64,000 bases of DNA. Source: Eledone cirrhosa. Its lineage: Eukaryota. How positions within the stretch are numbered: the stretch's first letter is position 1; each line of letters starts with the position of its first letter. The DNA lies in the NCBI GenBank assembly GCA_964016885.1, contig OZ024741.1, positions 371,938,001 to 372,002,000 on the forward strand, given 5' to 3'. The position numbers and the translations under genes were made by a program. The notes beneath the pieces are model-generated. The model saw only the letters and a program-made list of their open reading frames with translations, did no database searches and was not told the origin of the DNA. Positions 12,570-29,499 of the stretch are shown here, piece by piece.

Positions 12570-15283
12570 CTAGCAGTTTAGCCCGGCGTTGCTCGGGTTT
12601 GTTCATTTGCTATGAAAAGTTACATACAGGTAAACGTGGTTTGAAAGCGAATAAGCTTATCAATTAAGTGCATAAAGCAGTTGAACCGGTTATTAAAAGT
12701 TACGAACCAATTAGCATTTTGGTCAATCAATGATGGGTTAATAATCCTCCAATAGCGAATTTAGTAGACCAAAGTTGCAAGATGGTGGCCCTGATGCCGC
12801 TGGGTGTCAGATCTGTCCGCCATGGGATACCCTACCAGGAAATGGTGTTCCAGACGGCATAGCTCCAACACCTGCACCAACATCTATAGCACCTCTTTGT
12901 AGACGATATTGCGTGTCATCCCTTGAGGAATGTAAGCAAAAAGTCCATTCCTGCTCCCTGCGCGGGAACAGGCAACATAAAGTTGGCCATGGGAGAAGCA
13001 TGGTTCCTCCAAATGGATGCCCGCCACCGACAATGTTTGCCCTTTTGACTTGTTAATGGACATGGCAAAACATGGTCTCACCGGGAATTGGGATCGTCGG
13101 AAATAGAACGGGATATCTGACGCCGAAGGGAAAAGGTTCATCCTTAGAATGAAAACATTCTCCCCTCTTCCGCACCCCGTTACAATGGTGGCCTCAATCA
13201 AGTGGGTGTCAGTGACTTGACGACCATGCGAGTACCGTTGCACTGCTTTTTGTGGACGCAAGTTCCTTATTAGCATAATGGGACAGCCAACCCTAAGCTT
13301 AATAATGTGAGGTGGGAGCCCTGGGGGCTCAAGGAGATTTAATAACTCAACCGGATAATTAACGATATCGTCGGGGTCTGATTTGAAGATGTGCTCTTTA
13401 CCGGGAATTCTTCTCAATCAGCTGCTCGTTAATAAAATTAACCATGGTATTTTTCGGAGCAAGGATGACTCTTTCGCTGAGCCAATCGAGGTTTTTAAAG
13501 TTAGATGAGACATTAGGAAAAACTGCTTCCCAAAGGTCAGAAGGGCTGCTCACAATGTTGCACAGAGTGTCGATTGCTATGCCGCCCTTGTCATCCGCAG
13601 GGATCTTGCCCTCACCAAGTGCTAAAATGTTCTGTGCTGCAGACATGTTGTCACCATGCAAATTAGCACGCATATTTGTGCTCAGGTACAAATTATTCAC
13701 CTGGAGCCACAACATGGACGACTTAAGACAGGCACACACTTCATCAGCTCTTGTCCATTTGGGGATGACAGGCAGCGTTTTCCGAAAATCAAATGATAGC
13801 AGAAGGGTTACGCCACCCATAGGAGCCGTAGAATCCCTAATGTCTTTCCGGGCCCTGTCCAATGCCTCAAGGGCACCCTTGTGTGCCATTGTGCACTCAT
13901 CCCAAACAATGAGGCAACATCTTTTGAGAACCAGAGCTTTGTGTGAACTCTTGCTGATATTGCATGTTGGTGTCTCAGTTTTTACTAAATCCAAAGGGAG
14001 TTTAAAGGTTGAATGTGCTGTCCTGCCTCCCGGCAGCAAAGTAGCAGCGATCCCAGACGATGCAACGGACAACGCAACTTTTTTCTCCTGACGAATCTTA
14101 GCGAGAATCAAATTCGATACAAAAGTTTTTCCGGTACCCCAGGGGCGTTTTTTATTGGGGGGATCCGGGGGTTTTTTTTACCTTGAGGTATAACCAGTCA
14201 GTAGTTCCTTCAAAGGCTCTGGCGGTTCCGGAAGAGGGGGCAAGGTGACGTTACCGTTTAAGCAGCACATTGCAGGTGGCTCCCCAGCCCACTTTGTAGC
14301 ATTGCAGAATTGGCAATTGAAGCGCATCTCGCCTATATTTATGTCAGAGCGCATCGAGTAATTAACGTTTTGCTCATACTTGAAAGCCCGTAGGTGCCAG
14401 TATGGGCTGTTCGGGCTCGTCACACCGCGTGCAGCTTCTCGCCGTCGACTGTTACGCTTGAACGTAGAACATTGGTCGTGTGGTTGGTGGGAAGGTCTGA
14501 CAGCAATAGCAGAAGCAACATTTGCAATGCTAATGGACCACCCGTCTGCATCTTCAGAAGCCATGGAAGTAGTCATAGCCGCAACGTCCGTAGGAAGGCG
14601 AGCCGTCCGTTGTTTTAAACGTTCCAAAGACCTGGAAGCAGCATTAGTCGCAGCGTTTCTAGCCAGGCGCTTCGACCTTTGTTCACGGCTCTCTGAAGCC
14701 CTGGAAGAAGCCTGGTATGAAACCATTTTGGCTAGGCGTGCGGTGCGCTGTTGGAAACTTTCAGCGGCTCGACATTCTGCTGAATATAAGGCTGTCTGTG
14801 AAAGTCTTGAAGCATTTTCCTGAGAGGACTCGTTTGCTATAGTAGCCTTTTGCGCCACTGCTGACGCGGTATGTCGACTGAGGCGACTTCTCTTTTTAGG
14901 TGGCATTTTATGTCCAAAGGAAAGGGTGAAAGTTACTTCTACAGAAAAATTGACTTTGAAAGTCTATTGTCTGTTTATGAATATTGTTATTGTTGTTGTG
15001 ATACAAATGTTAGTAAGTAAATGGGTATCGAAAAATAAAGGGTGAAAGTTACTTCAACATAAAAATTGACTTTGAAAGTATAAGGCTGATAATTGAATGT
15101 AAAAAGATTGATAAGAAAGCCCCCCCCCCCCCCCCCAAAAAAAATGTACAGGTATTTGTATGTATGTGTGTATTTTTATGTCGAAAAAAAAGGGTTAAAG
15201 TTACTTCTACAGAAAAATATAGTTTGAAAGTGTAAGGCCGATGTTTGTGTAAATTAAGTGACAGGTATTTGTATGTATGTGTG

Positions 15284-15315
<32 letters not shown>

Positions 15316-15994
15316 TGTATGTATGTATGTATGTATGTATGTATTAAAGGTTGAAAGTTACTTCAACATAAAAATTGACTTTGAAAGTATAAGGCTGATA
15401 ATTGAATGTAAAAAGATTTATAAGAAAGGCCTCAAACAAAATTTACAGGTATTTGTATGTATGTGTGTATTTTTATATCGAAAATAAAGGGTTAAAGTTA
15501 CTTATACAGAAAAATTTAATTTGAAAGTGTAAGGCCGATCTCTTTATCATTATATGCTATTGTTATTTCTAAAACAAACTGTGTATGCGTTGATTGATTG
15601 AAATTCCCGCGTTCCTGTTTCTATGACGTCAATCGTAACCATACCAACATATATGTGTGTGTATGCACCCACATATATGTGTGTATATGTTTTTTTTCAA
15701 TGTTTCTCTTTTTCACAAACACTTATAAGAGAAGGTAGCAATTTTAAGGGGAGGTGATGAATGGGAGTAGATATAGGAAACGTATATCATATGAGAGAGG
15801 AGAAATCATCGATTGTTGAAATAAATCGATTTATCCGTAATTGTGGCATTTTTTACCCAATAAGATCGCCCATGACCAAAGTTAGAATATTTGTAAACAT
15901 TCTGCTTAATTATTCATTCAATATTTTTGGAATTGTGTAAATGTATAAAATTGAAACATACATACAGACACAAAAATCTGCTTTTTATAGATAA

Positions 15995-15998
<4 letters not shown>
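12570..15998 (-). mobile_element. Helitron, internally deleted RepHel (N-terminus fused to Pif1 helicase, frameshifted)
   Basis: 3' hairpin plus CTAG at 12570; 5' TC end near 15998. ORF 14178-14906 ends in CxxC..CCxxG. ORFs 13398-14111 and 12884-13417 have VASSGIAATLLPGGRTAHS, IVWDE, AMSINKS; Walker A remnant near 14125-14150. Confidence 0.92.
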
Positions 15999-16059
<61 letters not shown>

Positions 16060-16084
16060 ATCATATATATATATATATATTTGA

Positions 16085-16185
16085 AATAATGTGTCTTGCT
16101 CAAGGACAAAACGCATCACACGGTCTGAGTTCGATCACTGGGCGGGGTAATGTATTGATTCCTTGGGCAAGACACATTATTCCAT
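16085..16185. mobile_element. CORE-type SINE fragment with short inversion
   Basis: gagttcgatc B-box-like motif and tccttgggcaagacac, mirrored by gtgtcttgctcaagga. Confidence 0.4.
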
Positions 16186-16406
16186 GTTGCTCTTTCTACC
16201 TGGATTTGCAACCGGTAAATAGTATTAGCAATTGGAAAGACCAATGGAAACATAGTTTCCTCGGTCCAATTTGACGAAGGTCGATCGACTGTCGATATAT
16301 ATGTACATATATAAATATATATATATGTATATATACATATATATATGTATATATATATGTATATATATACATATATATATATATGTATATTTACATATAT
16401 ATATAT

Positions 16407-16510
<104 letters not shown>

Positions 16511-16583
16511 GTAGGTCCCGGGTTGAGTCGGGGATAACCACAGTAAGTAAGGTACTCAATACATGGCAGAGTAAATTTTTTTT

Positions 16584-16702
16584 ATTTTATAGAAGGAACT
16601 TCTACAGGACTAGTACTGTTTCATTCAGATGAAATCTTCAGGAAGCTTCCTAAAGATTTCATCTGAATGAAACAGTACTAGTCCTGTAGAAGATCCTTCT
16701 AT

Positions 16703-16707
<5 letters not shown>
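16584..16707. ncRNA. Palindrome made of two back-to-back hammerhead motifs
   Basis: Centre aagctt at 16643-16648. Left arm (-) cttc CTGAAGA tttcatctgaat GAAA cagtactagtcctg TA gaag; right arm has a mutated core CTAAAGA. Same family at 40965-41012 (-). Confidence 0.75.
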
Positions 16708-16775
<68 letters not shown>

Positions 16776-16846
16776 AGGAGGGGATATATACATATATATA
16801 TGTATATATATATATGTAGGAGGTGATATATACATATATATATATG

Positions 16847-16918
<72 letters not shown>

Positions 16919-16985
16919 AATATATATATGTATATATATATATATGTGTATATATATATATATATGTACATATATATATATGTAC

Positions 16986-17121
<136 letters not shown>

Positions 17122-17170
17122 GTATATATGTATATATATATGTATATATGTATATATGTATATATATATG

Positions 17171-17294
<124 letters not shown>

Positions 17295-17326
17295 AATATA
17301 TATATATATGTATATATATATATATG

Positions 17327-18889
17327 CAGTGGCGTAGCTAGGGTGTGGCAAGCAGGGCACATACCACGGGCGCCATATTTACGGGGGCGCAATTTCGACC
17401 TAGATCGATTTAAACCCATGTCGTTTTTATCATTTTTTAAAATATAAGCCAAAAATGAAGCATGTGATTTCTTGATAGCCGACTTCTACGCCATGTCTAG
17501 TGCACTAAACAGAGCAGATGTCTGATTTGACCTCACAACCCCCCCCCCCCCTCACACACACACTGACTGAAGGGACGTAGTTTTAGACGTGCAACTGGTG
17601 GACACGCAGGCGCTATTTTTAGCAATGCATTGCAATGACCAATACAAGATAATTATAATTATGAAGCTGGTTTACAAAACAGAGTAGTTTGTCTTTTACA
17701 ACTGGTACATAAGACGTATAGAAAAGGTATCATAAGCCAAATGGCCAGATAGGATTGGATAGCTTCTATTAGGAATTCAATTTGACTCCAGTTTAGATGG
17801 TTCAATGTTTTCTTCTATAATACAGTTCGTCAGAATTTACTAAATCGTATCCAAAAAGCAAGATACTGTGGTCTGCTGATTGATTCGACCCCTGACCAGG
17901 TGCACCGAGAACAACTGTCAAAAGTTGTGCGATATGTCGATGTTGATTTCAATATGAAGACGGTCATTGTGAAGGAATCTTTTCTTGGATTCATTCAAGT
18001 AATCAAAAAAGATGCCGCAAGCCTTGTTGAAACAATCGTGAAAGAGTTAGAAAAAGATGACCTACCACTGCAGAACTGTCGGTTGCAGTGCTACGACAAT
18101 GGCTGGGCACCGCAGTGGGGTTCAGCAGAGAATGAGAGAGAAGAATAATTTGATTCACTTCGATAATTGCGATAACCATTCACTTAATCTGGCTGGTCTT
18201 CGTGCAGCCAAAAACGATTCTGCTATGATGAACTTTTTCAGTTGCATTGACTCGTTATACAACTTTTTTTCTCGTTCAACACGACGATGGGAATCCCTTA
18301 AAGAAGTTGCTCCAGTGGTTGTTAAATATCCTTCCGACACGCGATGGAGTGCTAGATGTACCGCAGTCAGACCGGTGACGAATTATTTGACGCTGATTGT
18401 TCAAGTTCTCGAAAAAATTAGTGATGATGAAACAGAGACATGCAAGAGTAGAAGTGATGTCAGTAATCTCCATAATCGGATACTGAGTTATGAATTCCTG
18501 AACTTGATTGGATTCTGGAACATGGTTCTCTCACGAATTGACCAGGTTCAAAAGAGACTTCAAGATCCAAGAATGATTTTTCACGATGCTGCAGCTGATA
18601 TAGGAGCCCTTCAACTTTATTTTAAAGAAGAAGGAACATCCTTAATCCACGAGTCTCTTGAAGTGGGCTTCGACCTCTGCCAGAAATTGAATGTCGATTT
18701 TCCGACGAGGCGAGGAAGACGACAAATGAATACCGAAACTACTGAGGACGTCGAGGTGGCTGCCAGAAAAGTGATAGAGAGAGCAATGCAAAGTTCACTC
18801 AATCGTCTTCAAATAGAAATGGAAGAACGGTTTATTCTACTCAAGTTTTGGCTTTCTTCTTAATGTCAGCTATCTGTTTTATTTGGCTA

Positions 18890-18890
<1 letters not shown>
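17327..18890 (+). mobile_element. hAT DNA transposon remnant (ZMYM1/52-kDa-repressor-like transposase)
   Basis: TIR-like cagtggcgtagctagg; DSTPD..HREQLSKVVRYV..ESFLGF, QCYDN, CDNHSLNL, TRWSAR motifs with a frameshift. Confidence 0.85.
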
Positions 18891-22440
<3,550 letters not shown>

Positions 22441-22467
22441 TTATATATATTTTATATATATGTATAT

Positions 22468-22800
22468 GTAAATGTGCAATTATGCAAACAAGCCTAATTT
22501 TTAAAGCCATATCAGTAGAATGAACCCTTCATACTTGCTCTTATGTTGGCATGTAAACAGAACTGCAGACACTAATGTTTCTAGGTATCAACCTTCATCA
22601 GTTCAGTTCACTGATCACTTGCCAACTGTCAGAGCTAGTGAAAATATATGCTATTTTCTAAAATACTGTGCTGTACCGATGAATGATGATACCCAGAAAC
22701 ATTAGTGCCCGCATTTCTGTTTACATGCCAACACAAGAGCAAGAATAAAGGGTTCGTTCTACTGGCATGGGTTTAAAAATGAGGCTTGTTTGCATAATTA
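22468..22800. repeat. Fold-back element with HHR at 22560-22609 (-) and a decayed copy at about 22670-22713 (+)
   Basis: Arms of about 140 bp; minus strand gaactgaa CTGATGA aggt-tgat-acct a GAAA cattagtg TC tgcagttc. Confidence 0.72.
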
Positions 22801-23016
22801 CAAACGAATCGAATGTTATTATTAATATTCGAAAAACTCAAAAATTTGTTTATATTATATATATATATATATATATATAACGGAGGAAATGTGGTAAGAA
22901 ACCAGGTGGACCATAACGCACCAAAGTACTCAATACTTAGGGTAGTAGAGTGGGTAATAGGAACGAGTAGGTCCCCGACGGCTGAGCTCAATCCGTTTCG
23001 ACGGCTAATTCTGGAC

Positions 23017-23078
<62 letters not shown>

Positions 23079-23324
23079 CATACATGTATATATATGTGTA
23101 TATATATATGTATACATATATATATGTATATATATATGTATATATATATGTGTGTATATATATATATGTGTGTGTGTATATATATATGTATATGTATATA
23201 TATGTATATGTATATATGTATATGTATATATATATATGTATGTACATATATGTATATGTATATATGTATATGTATATATGTATATATATACATATATATA
23301 CATATATATACATATATGTATATT

Positions 23325-23374
<50 letters not shown>

Positions 23375-23589
23375 AATAAAAACAATGAATAAAAACAAAG
23401 AACAAGTTCCTTATACTAAAAAATTCATCATTTTACGATCGTTTCTAGGATATATATGTGTGTTGGTATGTACATCATATAGATCTATGTAAAAATATTA
23501 CAAACTATCAGAGGAAATATACATACCTTCACATATATATGCTGTCTTCAGAAATGATGAGATTTGTTTATTGAAAAAAACCAACAAAG

Positions 23590-24700
23590 ATTTAATATAA
23601 TAGGTCTGTTTGGGAACAGGTTTTGAATTGACTAATAGAAAAGTAGTAAGAGGTCAAGTTGATAGAATAGTAGTAGTAGAAATTTAATTTAGGCGTAGAG
23701 GAATGCAGACTTATGTTTTGAATGGAAAGAATACTTTGAATGAAAAGAATACTTTGGGGATGAAAAGAGGTCAAGCCGGTGAAGGGTACACGAAAATTTG
23801 ATGTTATTAAAGAATAATGTTAAAAACGAAGGAGAGTAAAATTTATTTAAACCACAAGGAATTTAGATCTATAACAAGAAATTAAATTAATTGATAGGTA
23901 TACTGATAGGGATAAATTTATATTAATTCATATGGATGTGATAAATAAGAATTAGATGTTATTAAAGAATGTTATTAAAAACGAAGGAAAATGAAATTTT
24001 GGGATAAGGGTAGTAGTGAGAAATACCAATCTTATATAAACTAGTGGAATCTAGATTCATAACAGGAAATTAAATTAATTTATATTTATACTTTTAGGTA
24101 TTAATTTTAGGAAAAGAGAGCTGTAAGAGGGAAATAAAATTATGAAGTTCTCTGTAGTAAAGTACTAATTATAGGTTAACTAAATAAAAAAAACTAATTA
24201 TAATAATATGTAAAATATAAGTGTAAGGTGTTTATTAATTAGGTTTATAATATTTGAAGGTTCTTCTTATTCTATGATTGCAAGATATAATTAATTCTTG
24301 TCACTTATTTAATAGGATATCCTTAGATTTCATTATTTCAAAAAGTTCCTGGGAGCATAATCTACACTCATATCTGTTATTTTGATAAGGGGTGGCTTTT
24401 TTGAGGACATTCAAGGTCAGGTTATAATCGATATTCTTTTTTCTATAATTATTAATTGTTTCAGCCAAGGATGTTTTATTAGCTAATGCGGCATTTTTAA
24501 AACTATGTTTGTGGGTATTAAATCTTACTTTAAATTGGTTAGACGTAGCTCCCATATATGAATAAGTGGAGTCCTTAGTGCTAACTTTACATTTATAGAC
24601 TATGTTATTAATAAGACAATTTCCCTTTAATGGGCAATTTCTTTTGTTTCTACAGTTACAATCATTCGTGAATATTATATCAGGGAAGTTAGTCAAATTT
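23590..24700 (-). mobile_element. Neptune-like PLE GIY-YIG fragment plus AT-rich 3' UTR
   Basis: CNCRNKRNCPLKGNCLINNIVYKC..YMGAT..FKVRFNTH..CRLC (ORF 24301-24696); left boundary approximate. Confidence 0.8.
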
Positions 24701-24804
24701 GGTGTCGAAAATTTTTGAATGCATCTTCTCTTTTCATGATATTTGGATTACATTGAGTTCTTCATACGGATTGGACACTACCGTATATTTTAGTAGATTT
24801 ATCT

Positions 24805-24859
<55 letters not shown>

Positions 24860-24867
24860 TATATATA

Positions 24868-25772
24868 TAATTGAAAAAGTAGAGAATAACATGGTCAACA
24901 GTACAAAAAAGGTGATTTATTTACGGTCTAACAATTGTTTCTCTGATAAAGTTGTCTAAAGATTGCTGAACACTAGAAGCAGTGCCACTCAATTTCAAAT
25001 ACAATGCTAGCTCGATCAGATCTTCAGAAACTGTTATAAAAAATATATATGACCGGAAAATTTACAAATTCGAATTACATCATCAATAATAATATTAATA
25101 ATAAAGATATAGGGAGAGAAGGGGAAAGAAAGGGAGATAGCTACAGAAGAGAAAGAAAAGAAAAGGAAAAGAAAAAAGAGAAAAAGAAAGAGAAAAAGAG
25201 AAAGAAGAGGAAAAAGGAGAAATGAATACAGAGAAAAATATAGAGAGAAGAAAATATATGGAAATATGATGATAGGAAGAGGAGAGAAAAACATAAGGAG
25301 AAATAACATAGGACAGAAATAATGTGTCTTTATTATTAATATTATTATTGATGATGTAGGGCGGTGGATGGGCAGTATCGGTAGAAGGTCGGACACCATG
25401 CATTGAAGCATAGAGTTACGTCCCTTTATGATCTGAGTTCAAATCCCACCGAGGTTAACTTTGCCTTTCATCCTTACGAGGTCGATAAAATAAAGTACCA
25501 GTAATGTACTGGGTAATTGCTGGCCTTGTGCCCAAAATAGAAACAATTATTATTGATGATGTAATTCGAATTTGCAAATTTGCCGGTTATATATATTTTT
25601 TATAACTGTTTCTGAAGATCTGATCGAGCTAGGATTGTATTTGAAATTGAGTGGCACTGCTTCTAGTGTTCAGCAATTTTTAAAGAACTTTACCAGAGAA
25701 ACAATTGTTAGACTGTAAATAAATCCCTTTTTTTTGTACTGTTCACCATGTTATTCTCTACTTTTTCAATTT
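24868..25772. repeat. Fold-back pseudo-LTR pair, each arm with an extended-stem-II HHR (24923-25034 -, 25608-25713 +)
   Basis: Arms of about 220 bp; gttt CTGAAGA tctgat..atcaga GAAA caattg TT agac. Confidence 0.75.
25360..25545 (+). mobile_element. Nin/Deu-type SINE
   Basis: Same family as 11755; TSD attattattgatgatgta at 25341-25358 and 25546-25563. Confidence 0.9.
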
Positions 25773-25935
25773 TATTACTCTAAGATTAACTTACATAGGA
25801 ATACATGTAAAATCATAAACTCGTCATCTACGTAAACATCTTGTTTAGTCAAACAACGCCGTACGCTAAAACTATCCATAATAAGAAGTATTCACAACCT
25901 CTAACTGGATTACCTATAACGATATTCTGTTATCC

Positions 25936-26037
<102 letters not shown>

Positions 26038-26101
26038 TGTATATATATATATATAAAGCAGAAGAACTGTCGTTGTTTTTTCATTTTGTAAATAACCTCA
26101 C

Positions 26102-26133
<32 letters not shown>

Positions 26134-26138
26134 GCATG

Positions 26139-26250
<112 letters not shown>

Positions 26251-26437
26251 AATAAATAAATAAATACAATATCGGAGAAAGCTTTTTAGCGATACTCCGG
26301 CCAAATTCCAACTCACTCAACAAACATTAGGAGATAAGTGATTATATTCCCAATTATGCGTTCGGGGTGCTAACTAAAAGTATTGCGTGGAAAATTGGCT
26401 GTATTATTTCATATGAGACATATCTAATATATCTCTT

Positions 26438-26564
26438 CCCAGACGGACGTCTCGTTTCATTATAGGATTCCTACAAATTGGGTGAAATTATACCAATTTA
26501 TGTAGGAGCTTGTATATCATCAATAGATATATATTCAAGTGGGCTCCTATAATTCATCAGTGGG
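26438..26564 (-). ncRNA. Type I hammerhead with branched stem II
   Basis: ccca CTGATGA attatagga..(about 75 nt)..tcctataat GAAA cgagacgtccg TC tggg. Confidence 0.75.
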
Positions 26565-26912
26565 TGCCCCAATAATACTAATATTGATAATCTAACCAAC
26601 ATCAGTATTTAGCGATAATCACCATCCTCTGTGCCTGAGGTATCTGTCAGGTTGCCAGTCCAGCAGTTTTAAAGAAGTGCTCAAACTGATTCAAAAAATG
26701 AGGAAGTAAATAACCGCCAAAAAAACAATACATGCGCATGACAATGAATTCTGAAAGGAATTCAGGACACGTGCTAAGAACTCAATTGGAAATTGAAAAA
26801 ATATCTATGTGTGTACAACATTTGATGACACACACAGATATTTTCTCGGGCAAAATAACAGAATATATATGTATATATATATATATATACATGTATATAT
26901 ATATATACATGC

Positions 26913-26944
<32 letters not shown>

Positions 26945-26993
26945 GTATATATATATTTATATATATACATATATATATGTATATATATATGTA

Positions 26994-27078
<85 letters not shown>

Positions 27079-27215
27079 GTATATATATATATACATATAT
27101 AACCAAAGATTAATATGGTTCATTGATTAATATTAATATTATTCAAAATATTATTCATTATTAATATTATTCAAAATATTAATAAATGAAGACGTTCACA
27201 TAATCAAAATATATG

Positions 27216-27276
27216 TTCTATTATATATATTTCGAAGGTACTGTGCTGTTTTTCAGTACATCCTCATCAGATAAAA
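27216..27276 (-). ncRNA. Type I hammerhead
   Basis: ttttat CTGATGA ggatgtactg..cagtaccttc GAAA tatata TA atagaa. Confidence 0.72.
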
Positions 27277-28009
27277 TACATAAATTGATGTATGACATAC
27301 CTCAACTGTCTTGATGGTTCAATTCCACTCTTGGCTGCCAAGACTGGAATTGAACCATCAGCGGGAGTTGAGGAAGGCAAGAGGTGAAGGAGGGAGAAAA
27401 GGTGATAGCAGTAAAGTGACAGAAAAAATACGAACCACAGCGAAGGGAAAACATATGTGAATGAAGAATGGCGTGCTGCGTTGTTGCGAACATGAACATA
27501 TGAATAAAAATAGACCAGGAGATAAAATGTCCTCATCAGTAGTCTGCTGATTATCGTTGGTATTTCGGCGCATTAAAGACTAGATACCTAAAATCAGTGC
27601 GATCGATAACTCAATTAAGTTATCGGGACAGTGGGAAAACAGAGGGAAGGAAACAAACACATGGTGGTATGCAACGTAAAGAGAGGAAAATAGAGACAAG
27701 TCAATGAATCCTGTGGGCTTAAGTCTGACAAATCAAATCGACGAGAAGAAAATAGACACGTCCGAGCCGCGAGAAGATTGAGAGAGGAAAGAAATTCAAG
27801 CAGGTCAGACGGGAGGAAGTGAGAGACGGGGAGAAGCAGAGAGGGAGTGAGTGAAAGTGTGAGGAAGGGGCCAGCCGAGAGTGAGTGACCAGCAGCGAGA
27901 GTTGACTTTCTGTCACTTTACTGCTATCACCTTTTCTCTCTCCTTCACCTTTTGCCTTCCTCAACTCCCGCTGCTGGTCACTCACTCTCGGCTGGCCCCT
28001 TCCTCACAT

Positions 28010-28546
28010 TTCTATAATTTTCGGTGGAAGCAGGGAGTGCGTGGCTCTGATGATCGCTAAACAGCGTGAAATAGACTGTTAGCTTCTCTCCCTTCTTTCG
28101 CCGAAAAGAAGTAAGTGACATAGTCACTACTTTAAAACTGATAGCGTATGGACTTCAAAATGTTTTTAAATAAACATACGGTATATTGCCAAATATACTA
28201 CACATACATTCATGTATACATCGCTATTTCAGAGCACCAATCCTAATACCTAATTTTTGCTGGACCGGCAATCGTTCTGTATAATCAGCTCCTGATTATT
28301 ACTGGAATTCTGTAATAATCCAGCTTCTATAATGTTCGGCGGAAGCAGGGAGTGCGAGGCTCAAATGATCGTCAAACAGCGTGAAACAGACTGTTAGCTT
28401 CGCTTGCCGAAAAGAAGTAAGTGACATAGTCACTACTTTAAAACCGATAGCATAAGGTCTTCAAAATGTTTTTAATTAAACATACGGTATATTGCCAAAT
28501 ATACTATACATACATTCATATATACATCGCAATTTCAGAGCACCAA

Positions 28547-28552
<6 letters not shown>
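28010..28552 (+). repeat. 315-bp tandem non-coding unit with HHR (family D)
   Basis: ggct CTGATGA tcgct-aaac-agcgt GAAA (c/t)agactg TT agct at 28043-28084; second copy GAAA at 28383 with decayed core. Confidence 0.75.
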
Positions 28553-28645
<93 letters not shown>

Positions 28646-28709
28646 ATATATATATATATACATGTATATATATATATATATATACATGTATATATATATA
28701 TATGAACGA

Positions 28710-28779
<70 letters not shown>

Positions 28780-28780
28780 G

Positions 28781-28872
<92 letters not shown>

Positions 28873-29341
28873 TATAGAAAAGATGAATATAAAATGAAAA
28901 TGCTTTAATAAAGGAATTTATTAGGTATTGACATATGTTTCTGTAACAGACGGAATACCTAGGTATCGCTGCTTGCGTAATCATATGAAATTAGCACGTA
29001 ATCGATAGCAAATGTATAATCAGTTGTCACTTCTTCAGAGATATTGGATAAATTGGAAAAAATCAGAAAATCAAAGTATTTATATGAGTTGTAAGAAAGG
29101 AAGAGAAGAGGGGAAAGTATATGACAGATGGCAATTCAATTTGCTGGTAAATATATAATTTGCTCGTAAATATGTAAATATATATATATATATAATGTAT
29201 AAAAATCAATACAATATAATTACCTCATTACCAGAGGTTTCCCGAATGAGGCGAATACGAAATAAACGACTTCATTCTAGCACTCTTCATTAGCACTCTT
29301 CATTTCTATGACCTTTTCTGTTTCCAACGGAAATTTCAATA

Positions 29342-29485
<144 letters not shown>

Positions 29486-29499
29486 TATATATATACATT

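Noticed and set aside
27520-27595. Possible type II hammerhead (GAAA before CTGATGA, minus strand)
   Set aside because: Stem III and the UH site do not fit.
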